Source of the DNA: Eledone cirrhosa
Lineage: Eukaryota
Length of the DNA: 64,000 nucleotides
Assembly: GCA_964016885.1 (NCBI GenBank)
Contig: OZ024740.1
Coordinates: forward strand, 221,588,001-221,652,000
Direction of reading: 5' to 3'
Positions within the stretch are counted from its first letter, which is position 1. Each line of letters begins with the position of its first letter. This document shows positions 54,186 through 64,000 of this stretch, piece by piece. Below the pieces are notes generated by a model, which was not told where the DNA came from, did no database searches, and saw only the letters and a list, made by a program, of their open reading frames with translations. A program made the translations under genes and the position numbers.

Positions 54186-54214
<29 letters not shown>

Positions 54215-54268
54215 TCCATCCCGCCCGTCCCCTCTCCCCTCAATCTATCTTAATTCTTATTCTTTCTT

Positions 54269-54297
54269 CTGATGAAGGACTAGCGTCAGAAACGTTA
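54269..54297 (+). ncRNA. Hammerhead core without obvious stem I
   Basis: CTGATGA-AGGAC-TAGC-GTCA-GAAA-CGTTA between TA-rich tracts. Confidence 0.5.
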
Positions 54298-54485
54298 ATA
54301 CCCTCCTCCTGCTATATCAAGCGTTAACTTAATATATCCCTTCCATATACTGTAGCGATTGTGTTGTTATTTCTGTTTATATTTTACATACATACATATA
54401 TATATATATTTATTAAAATAACAGATTAAAGTTTAAGTTGGATTTTAGTCTTCAAATTTATTATTATTACTATATATATATATAA

Positions 54486-55195
54486 CGGCGATGAACATGC
54501 CAGACAACAACACAACGGTAACATAGACAACATAGAAGTTAGAATAATATCTAAACATAGAAATGACCCAGCAGATATGCAAATCAGAGAGGCCAGCGAA
54601 ATAGAACTTAGAAGGCCAAGGCTAAATAGAAAAAATGAATGGAATAACAACAATACTCAAACAATCAACACTGACCTAAGAGAAGTATAAATAAATAAAT
54701 AGATAAATAAATAAATAAATACATACACAAGCACAATAACAACAAACACATATAAACACACACTAGTAAACTAAGATAGAATACATTAACCAATACACAG
54801 TCACCCAAACAAGAACACACATCAAACAAAACACTATACACACACGCAAACGCATGCGCAGAGAAGACAACAAAAATAGACAAATAAATAAATAAACAGA
54901 CTAAATAAAGATGGCGTAAGCATACAATGCAACGGGAGGAAACATAATAGCACCACTGACGATGTTGCAGATGTGCAACGAAAGAACTTTGATAGACTAT
55001 ATATATGTATTTGTATCTATATTGTATCTGTATTTTTGACCGTTGGTCAGTCAATGGCAACATTGAGGACCGAATAAATTAAATTAACCAATATAAAAGA
55101 CACAGAAGTGAAAACCAACCAAACAGTGAGTGTGTTCTGTTATTAATTCTGGCAATATTATTACACAAATATGACCCTTCCCAAGTATAACAATA
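54486..55195 (+). mobile_element. 3' fragment of a PLE related to family F, with HHR at 54952-54993
   Basis: EHARQQHNG..QIREASEI..PRLNRKNEWN; CTGACGA-TGTTGCA(GATG)TGCAAC-GAAA-GAACTT; terminus ATGACCCTTCCCAAGTATAACAA(TA)n resembles family F. Confidence 0.8.
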
Positions 55196-56059
55196 TATAT
55201 ATATATATATATATTTATCTGAATATGTTTGTCCTCCTTTCTGTAGTTTAAATATTTTAACAATACGGCCATGCTGCGCCCATACGCAGTGTTACACTAC
55301 ACAACACTAAAATAACATCAGAAACAAGTAAACCAACCCCACGACAATGTAAAACTGATGTAGTATACAAATACAATTCTGCATCCTTAATAAGAAACGT
55401 TACACCGTCCTCGGGGGCATCAGCGGACACCTAATGTTGCAGCAAAAACACGGAGGAACACTGTTGAAAACACTATAATATTGATTCATAATATTGTCAC
55501 AAGGGTTCAAATTTGGGAGCGGTGATCAGTCGTTTAACCCTCTAGGATTTGCATTACTCTATATTTACTAATGTATTTTCAGAGTAAAGGCTTTATCTCA
55601 CATAAAATGGAATCTATGAGATTTTGATATCGTTTATTTTGGAAACAATACCTTAACGTCAGTATGAGTGGCCGGTCACAGCTGGTTTAAACAGAAACAG
55701 GTGAGAGAAGTCTGGTCGCATACGGCCGGTTTAAATGCTAAAGGGTTAAATCAATCCTAGTAGGTACTTTATTTTATAGACTCTGGAAGGATGAAATACA
55801 AAGTTGATATCGGATTTTAAACTCTGAAAATATCAAGCTGGGACAAATACGACAAAGCAATTGTTTTGACACTCTAACCATTCAGAGAATACACTAATTT
55901 ATATTGTTAGTTTTATTATCAATGTTTTTTATAATTGTTGTAGTTCATAACTCTAACATTTGGACAAGGCCAGCACTTTACATGTTAGTGGTGTTCCACT
56001 GAAGCGGGGGAAAAGTATCGTGGGGCCATTTTCAAGGGTGATGGAAGGCAGGAGGCTGA

Positions 56060-56613
56060 ATTAAGTGATAGAGTTAGTAGGAACTGGTGCAGTAATGTAC
56101 CAGCCTCATCCTTTAATCATTAGAAGAAGGGAAGTAAGTGTAAAAGCCAAATTCGCTATTTTCAGTTCTGTATGCATGCCAACCCTTAACTATGGTCAAC
56201 ATCTTAAGTAATGACCAAACGAATACGGCCGAAATGAGGTCCCCCCGAAGGGTCTCTGGAGTAACATTACTCGATAGAATGCGTAGCTCGGTGACCAGAG
56301 AGATTTATAGGTAGAACCACTATTCCTTGGAATCGAGACATCACAGCCTCCAATACTACGGACATGTGGTCAGAATGTCCCAGGGAAAATCGCTGGATAG
56401 ATGTTACGGACAAAATAGACGGACAGGAGACCCCGAGGTAGACCCCAAGGTAGACTACGAACAAGATGGTTGGATAACATCCATGAGTTCGGCTGGTCTC
56501 GCTTGGAGATACAGCTGGATCAATTGGAGACATTTGCCTCACAGGACGTGCTTGTAGGCGTGCTTGTGGACTCTGTCCCCCCACCCGACCCTACCAGTGG
56601 GCAAAGAAGAAGA
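56060..56613 (+). mobile_element. RTE (Expander/Rex3-like) 3' fragment
   Basis: AEMR..RRVSGVTLLDRMRSS, YGHVVRM, RPRGRP..RWLD; GAA tail. Confidence 0.7.
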
Positions 56614-57990
56614 AATTCAATAATATAAATAGCTATAGTACATTAAAGTCACTTCAATTAACTATAAACCCTACACATGAGGCGGGGGCCGTCTTATGCT
56701 AAGAAAGACATCCCTGTCACAGAATTAAAAATGCGAAAAATAATTTGGCAGAAGTTGTATATTTGTAGCTTTGACACATAGTCGATTTACTTAGATTTAG
56801 TATATTATAATTAAAAAGATTAATCAAAATCGGAAGAATAAAAAACGTAATAACCACCGCAAGATTTGAACTCAGAAAATAGAGGGTTTAAACAAAATAG
56901 CATGTCATCTAGTCACCACCCTCCTTTACCTCTTCACCGAGTTCTCTCATTCTACAAAGCCTTACTAAGGCTTCAACTCCTAGTAATTATATTCTTGTCT
57001 TCGCATCTTGTCATCCCTTTTTTACTGAGTCTATGGCAGCTTGCCAGATTTTACTTTGCTAATATATGTTCTGTTGTTCCCTCCTCATATGGTTGCTATA
57101 TGCAACAGGTCGGTTACCCACCTATGTAGTCGCAGTGGTTGCATATCTGGGTACCAGGTAGTTCTGGAAAGCTTCTTACTTAAGATAACATGCTTTGTGA
57201 TGTATAGTTTTTACAAGTGGTTTTCAATTTTATTATTCTCTTGATATTACTTTACTTGTGGTTTTTAAATTTATTTCTCCCCTGATGTTTCGGTACACAC
57301 GTAAACTTTCTTGTTTTTCCTCGCGTAACAAACGTCGGTATTATATAAAAAAAGTTTATAAAATAAACGAAGCGTGAATAACATATATTTGTTTACGTTA
57401 GATATATAGATCAAAACCTACCGCAGTATATCAAGTGGCTACTCTATCAAGTTATGTGACGAATGATCTTTTTAATTATTGTTATACCATGTGTCAAATG
57501 CTTATTGTTTTCGAGTACGTTACTTCAAGAAAGCGTTATCAGCTTTCTTTTTATGAAGCATTTAGAAGCATATTCTTTTCTTCTGTTGATAACCCTGCTT
57601 TGTGAATGCTGCAGATGGCATCTGTTGCAACCATTTTCTTCTACAATTATCACCATAGCTCCATAACTAGAGCTGTTGACATAAGTATGCTACCTACTTC
57701 TCATCCACGAAGAATTTTCAGAAAGCTGTTGTTATGATCAAGCTACTGTTTTCATGTCAGCTGCACTTATATGTCACATAGCTTTCTGCTTGTTAACAAG
57801 CTGACAGTAATGAACTGACAATGAAGAGAGCTGAGATATCTTATACATGCAACATTTCTGTTTAAATGCAAACTATTTCTAATTTCCGAAAATTTACAGC
57901 ATCTCTGAATAACATATTCATTAAATTCGAGAAATGTAGAACTGCAGCGATCCAAATAGAGACAAGACAATTTAAGTGGTTTCTATAATT

Positions 57991-58054
<64 letters not shown>

Positions 58055-58055
58055 G

Positions 58056-58104
<49 letters not shown>

Positions 58105-59549
58105 TTATCTGTCTGTTTGTCTGTCTATCTCTTGTTAATTATGCATCACTTGCGTACCAACGTACTTGCATATGTATGTGTAAGTGTGCGTGCGTGAATC
58201 TATGTATGTATGTATGTATGTTTGTATGTATGTATGCATGCATGTATGTATGCATATATATATGTATGTATGAAAGTATGTATGTGTGTGTTTTATTTGA
58301 GATTTATTAAATTTCTTTGCAGAATGAAGTAAACAAAGCAATTTCAGGGCTTTTTAAATATGTGAGTCCGTGTATGCAAGTGTATGTAATGGCATTCGTG
58401 TTACTGAGTGTTACTACATGTCTGCTTGTACACGAGTGTTTGTGTATATATGCATGCATCATGTATATTTCTATATATGTGTGTATATGTCATATGCATC
58501 ATGTGGTCGTATACATCTGTTTATATGGATTATATCTGGAATGTCTTGCATTCTTCATGATACCATTAATTGATTTAATGTTGAGATTTCAAGTCAGTTT
58601 ATTCCGTTCTTTCGTGGTTAACTATAGCATTTCGTGGTTATTCTGAAAACCTCTTATTACACAGCAAAAAGCAACTATTTGGTTAGGTACAAACGAGAAT
58701 CTATATCAAGGATATAAATACTGTAAATTTCATGTTTCTCTTCATAAAAGTAAAATAGGAAAATATAAAGAAAAAGATAAAAATGGGAAGGGGAGGGAAT
58801 GGCAAGGACTGGAGTGTCATAGAAGAATCGGGAATGGGGAAGGGTGAGTATGATTTGGTTCTGTGCCTAGCGCGCGGCGGTAGAGAGGCTGTACCACGTG
58901 GACTAGACCGCAAAAGCATTACCGCGGCCAATAGCCAGCGACACCCGCTACAACAGCCACTCCACCTCGCGGGGCTCCTTCCTAAGACGGGCCACCGACG
59001 TTCAGATCTTGCCGAGGAGCTCGACTGTACGGGGTCCCCTCGACCTTACCTAAGATATTCACATCATCTGCGTAGCTTACCTCTACAGCGGTGCAAAACC
59101 TTTCTTTCTTGCCCCAGAGAACAATATGAGGTTTGTTGTGTTAGCACTGTAGTGAAATGTTCCAGCAGTATTCCTTATTTCTAAGTCATGAGTATATTCT
59201 GTTTCTGGAGGGTATTTGGTATGACCGTCAGAGCAATCCTTCCTGTGGATAACATTGTAGAAGGGTCGACTGAAACGTTCATAGGCTGACTATGCGAAGG
59301 AGGGATGGTAGGGCTGTGAAATCTTGCATGCATTGATTTCAACTCTTATTAATAACTGTATTGTTTTTTCAGGAACTATATGTTGAAAAATAAAATCTCA
59401 TTTGGTCATTCTATGCCTATGAACTTTTCATACAACCCTCGTAAATAGATTAGGGAACTCGCAACTATGTTGTAAGGTAGTACCATACGGAGCAGCTGTT
59501 GATGTGGGTGATATGCTCCCGACATATAATCAAGATTTTTTTTATTACG

Positions 59550-59753
59550 ATCAAGATGGTTGGATAACATTCATAAGCCAGGTTGGTCTCACTTGGGAAT
59601 CCAACTGGATCATTTGGAAACGGTTGCTTCTGATAGGACCCTTATGAGAGCGTATCTGAGGATTCTGCCACCACAACCCATCACCCCGGAATAAGTAGGC
59701 GAAGAAGAAGAAGAAGAAGAAGAAGAAGAAGAAGAAGAAGAAGAAGAAGAAGA
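59550..59753 (+). mobile_element. RTE 3' end with (GAA)n tail
   Basis: RWLDNI; CTGCCACCACAACCC..CCGGAATAAGTAGGCG(AAG)n. Confidence 0.7.
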
Positions 59754-60690
59754 ATTAATTTTAGAAGCATCATTATGTCGCATATTAGTCAGTTATTTGA
59801 TACCTATCGCTTTGTTTCTGAAGAGTATAGGTGAATCCCTCTAGTTAGGACGTCCAGGAAAAGTTACTCTTCATGTGAATGCTAGCGATATCATCTAGCT
59901 TTCGGACTATATACTCACACATAACTTTCTGCTGGTGGGGTGAGTCTTTCTCCTCCACGTAGGCTAGTCCAACCGTTCGTTCATTACGTAGAAGAGTTGT
60001 ACACTGAAAGTATCTCGTTAAGTGTACTTCAACTACTCCCAATATGTTGGTTTCGATGCTAAGTACACATATTATGTACTCGTGTCTCCCTATACAGTTC
60101 ATCAGGTGTTAACTGAGTGATAGGATGCGACACTCAAAGGCCATTTGCACTATTCTGATAAATCTGCCTCTCCCTCTCCGTTTAACATAGATCCTATCAA
60201 TGTCACTCTTAATGTGTAATTTACAAATGGTGGTCAGTATCTTCACAGTTTTCCAGATTGCGGAACTCATCATGTCCAGACTAATATCTCAAATGTTGGT
60301 ACTAGCACTGACACTGCAAAAGAATCATCAAATACGGTTTAAATAAATACGGACAGCCCTGACCTTAATATATTTCGGAGTTATTTTACGTATAATTTTG
60401 TCAGACTAGCTATAAACGCAGCAGCAATTTATGCAACATTCACATACATCTTTAGATAATTGTTACTTTTGTCATTTGAGATAGGTGAGAGAGACTGGCC
60501 ATTGATACTAATAAGACCTCTCTGGTCGACAAACGTCCCCCGACTGATTGCCAATTATTAAAAACTTATACTGACCAAATTCCATGTTACGTGCAGCGAG
60601 AATAATGTGAGCGGCGCTAACTCTTTCTTTGTGTTGAGAATATTAACTAAATGCAGCTTAAAGTCATCGATAAAAAAGGCGTGGGTTTAA

Positions 60691-61310
60691 TTCTTCTTCT
60701 TCTTCTTCTTCTTCTTCTTCTTCTTCTTCTTCTTCTTCTTCTTCTTCTTCTTCTTCTTCTTCTTCTTCTTCTTCTTCTTCTTCTTCTTCTTCTTCGTCGT
60801 CGTCGTCGTCGTCGTCGTCGCTTACTTAGTGGGTGAGTTGTGGTGTTGTCGTGGGGGCGGATTTCTCAGATACGCCCTCAAGAGGATCCTATCTTCTTCT
60901 TCGCCTACTTATTCCGGGGGGGGGGGGGGGGTTGTGGTGGCAGAGTCCTCAGATACGCTCTCATAAGGGTCCTATCAGAAGCAAACGTCTACAAATGATC
61001 CGGTTGGATTCCCGAGCGAGACCAACCGCGTTTATGAATGTTATCCAACCATCTTGCTCGTGGTTTACCTCTGGATATCCCACCGATTGGCTTTGACCGT
61101 AATATCTGTCCGGTGATTCTTTTCTGAGGCATTCTAACCCCGTGTCAGTAGTACTTGAGCTGTGATTTCTTGATGAGAAGTAGTGACTCTACCTAGAGTG
61201 TCTCCCTTGATTCCGAGTAACGTTACTCCAAAGACCCTTAGGGGAACACCATTTCAGCCTCTTGTATTCGCGATCGTAGTTTTTCTGTCATAACCCAAGA
61301 TTCCTGACCA
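60691..61310 (-). mobile_element. RTE 3' fragment with duplicated 3' end and (GAC)n(GAA)n tail
   Basis: Reverse complement of the 59550-59753 and 56060-56613 family. Confidence 0.7.
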
Positions 61311-61489
61311 AAGGTATACACACAAAATTGTTTTTTTCTCTCCTCTGCTTATCAAGTAACGTTGGTATTTCCTCAAAAGATCTAACATGGTTTTCACAGA
61401 CAACATGAACAGTATTACTGAGATCCTGTAGTCCTAGAATATTCCTGTTGATAACTAAATACTGTTTATGACTATAGTAATTGTTTCAG

Positions 61490-61700
61490 ACCTAAGTGAT
61501 TGTTGGCTCGATCGACTTTCTTCTTAGGATTATATAATAAAATATTTCCGTACCACACTCTGTTAATGTTGCTGCTGTAAGCACGCATTAAAAAATATTG
61601 ATACACTATCTTCAGTTTCAAACAATCAAAGTTGTAGTGAATATTTATAAAACATTCCAAAAATTCCTGACTTCAATTTGCCAGAGAATAATAGATACAC
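61490..61700 (-). mobile_element. Mariner transposase N-terminal remnant
   Basis: VYQYF..A..SNINRVWYG resembles the mariner HTH start. Confidence 0.35.
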
Positions 61701-61989
61701 TTGCGGTGCAAGCAATACACATATAACCACATACACATACACCTATATTTATTCCTATCATTAGTGTTGCCCTGAGCAGTTCTAAACTCCAACAAAAGAA
61801 TGTGTGATTGTATCAGCAACTAGATATTAAACAAGAAGAACTCAACTATACATACATATATATATATATATATATGCATGTATATATGTATGCATGTATG
61901 TATGGGTGGATGTTTGTATATATGTATGTGTGTATATTTTTATCATGTATGATGTACGAATGTATGTATGTATGTGTATATATATATAT

Positions 61990-62031
<42 letters not shown>

Positions 62032-63285
62032 TCACATACATTCATTCATACATACATCTATACATATATGATGGCTGCCCCCTCGTTATCGAGTATGGCC
62101 ATTGCACGAGAAAAAAAAAAATAATAATATATATATACACATACATATATACATCCATACATACATACACACACATGTATATTCACATATATATATACAA
62201 ACATACATATACACACATATATACATACATATTCACACATATATAGATACATATTCACACACATACATAGATACAAATATGCATACATATACACACATAC
62301 ATACATGCATACATACATGCATACATACATATACATATGCATACATACACACACATACATCCATACATATATGCATACATACACACACACACACACACAT
62401 ATATATATATGCACATACATACATACATATATACATACACACACATACATATATACACACATATATATATACACACACATATATATATACACACATACAT
62501 ACATACGTACATTATACATGATAAAAATATACACATACATATATACAAACATCCATCCATACATACATGCACACATACATACATGCATACATATATACAT
62601 GCATACATAAATACATACATACAATACATACATATAATACATATCTAAATACATACATACAATATACATATGCATACATACACACACATACATCCATACA
62701 TATATGCATACATACACACACACACATATATATATATATGCACATACATACATACATATATATATACACACACATATATATATACACACATATATATATA
62801 TACACATATATATATATATATGTGTGTGTGTATGTATGCATATATGTATGGGTGTATGTGTGTATACATATACAATATACATATACAATATATGTATACA
62901 TATACAATACATATACATATAATACATACATATAATACATACACATTTACGTACGTTATTGAAACGCCGTGTTTGGTGCCTACCACGAGTTGTTGTAAAC
63001 TTATGGAACAAATTTGCATATAGGAAATGAATAAAGTTAGAATATTAAGAATGGGAACGATATAATCTGTGAACATTCCGTAGACGATGGACATAAATGA
63101 AGTTTTCGAGCAGTTGGACACTGGAATGTCTATGAAATACAATTACAATTCCTTAGTGAAATTGCTGAAGTATGCAAAATATTCCAGAAACGGAATTAGT
63201 GACTAGTGACTGTATGTAAGCGCGTATATATGTGTCTACATACATGAATACATATATACATACATATATGCATTCATACATTTAT

Positions 63286-64000
63286 ACATGGTGGCTGCCC
63301 CCTCATTAGCGAGTATGGCCATTGCAAGAAAAAAAAAAATATATATATATATATATATACATACATATATATTAATAACAATAGTAATAACAACAATAAT
63401 AATAACGACATCAAGAACAATAATAATATACATATATATATAAATACACACACACGCACGCACATAAACATATCTATACACACACACGATAGCAACTAAG
63501 AGCGCTGCGATCGAATGTGGCTTTTTAACCCAGCCAATGATCTAAAATGTCTTGCACAGAGTCGGCAACCAAAACATTCACTGGGAATAGCCGGCTGTAG
63601 TTGGAGTTCATGTACTTTTGCATGTCGTTTGAGTCTTCCTGCTGATTTACATTCTCTACCACATGCTTGGAAAGCATGATGAGTAGCATCTCCAACAGCA
63701 GCCTGGTAGTCAACCACTAGTCTTACTTTATGACTGCGAAGATGACTTTCGAGTCCAGCTTTGCTTAGGCAGCTTTGCCATGTCAGCACCATAGGAGGAC
63801 CTTCGCCGTCTGGAAGTGCAACAGCAATGAGCTTCCTCACATCCCGCTTTACTTTCTCGTATGCGATTCGAGATGCCTCAAAGCAACTTTTCCCTCATAT
63901 ACAGTCTTTCTCCATTTATTACGATCAGCAGCAATATTTTCCCATGTATCAGCAGAGATGTTAGCGTCTTTCAAAGAGGCTTTCAAAGAGGCTTTTTTGG
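63286..64000 (-). mobile_element. RTE/BovB-like LINE 3' end with tandem C2H2-like zinc fingers
   Basis: CLSKAGLESHLRSH, CGRECKSAGRLKRHAKVH, CRLCARHFRSLAGLKSHIRS; tail GCAATGGCCATACTCGCTAATGAGGGGGCAGCCACCAT (another tail copy at 62067-62110). Confidence 0.7.

Noticed and set aside
57250-60650. Unique-looking stretches as host exons, including ORF 58783-59184
   Set aside because: No recognisable domain or consistent splice pattern; exons cannot be excluded without RNA data
61854-62960. Inverted and direct duplications in the TA/CA-rich block
   Set aside because: Low-complexity sequence, explained by microsatellite turnover or assembly

Overview
Gene-free, AT-rich animal genomic DNA, most likely an octopus or other cephalopod. 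This is inferred from the SINE family, the TTAGGG repeats and the extreme microsatellite load. No host protein-coding gene is supportable; most predicted ORFs are microsatellite artefacts. The window is a nest of retroelements: (1) a near full-length Tx1/L1-clade LINE in an (ATT)n tract beside an R4/Dong-type RLE fragment; (2) about nine Penelope-like element (PLE) insertions or fragments from at least three RT lineages, most abutting (TA)n and many with tandem or inverted pseudo-LTRs; (3) RTE, CRE, hAT and mariner remnants; (4) many tRNA-derived SINEs. The pLTRs yield about 15 type-I hammerhead ribozyme (HHR) motifs, from minimal dimer-type to forms with a 60-100 nt stem II and core variants. 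Standout observations are a perfect 396-bp non-coding palindrome carrying two canonical hammerheads (49475-49870), a (TTAGGG)5 patch bridging an internal deletion in a PLE (35763-35793), and long-stem-II hammerheads. All folds were done by eye; none is experimentally validated.
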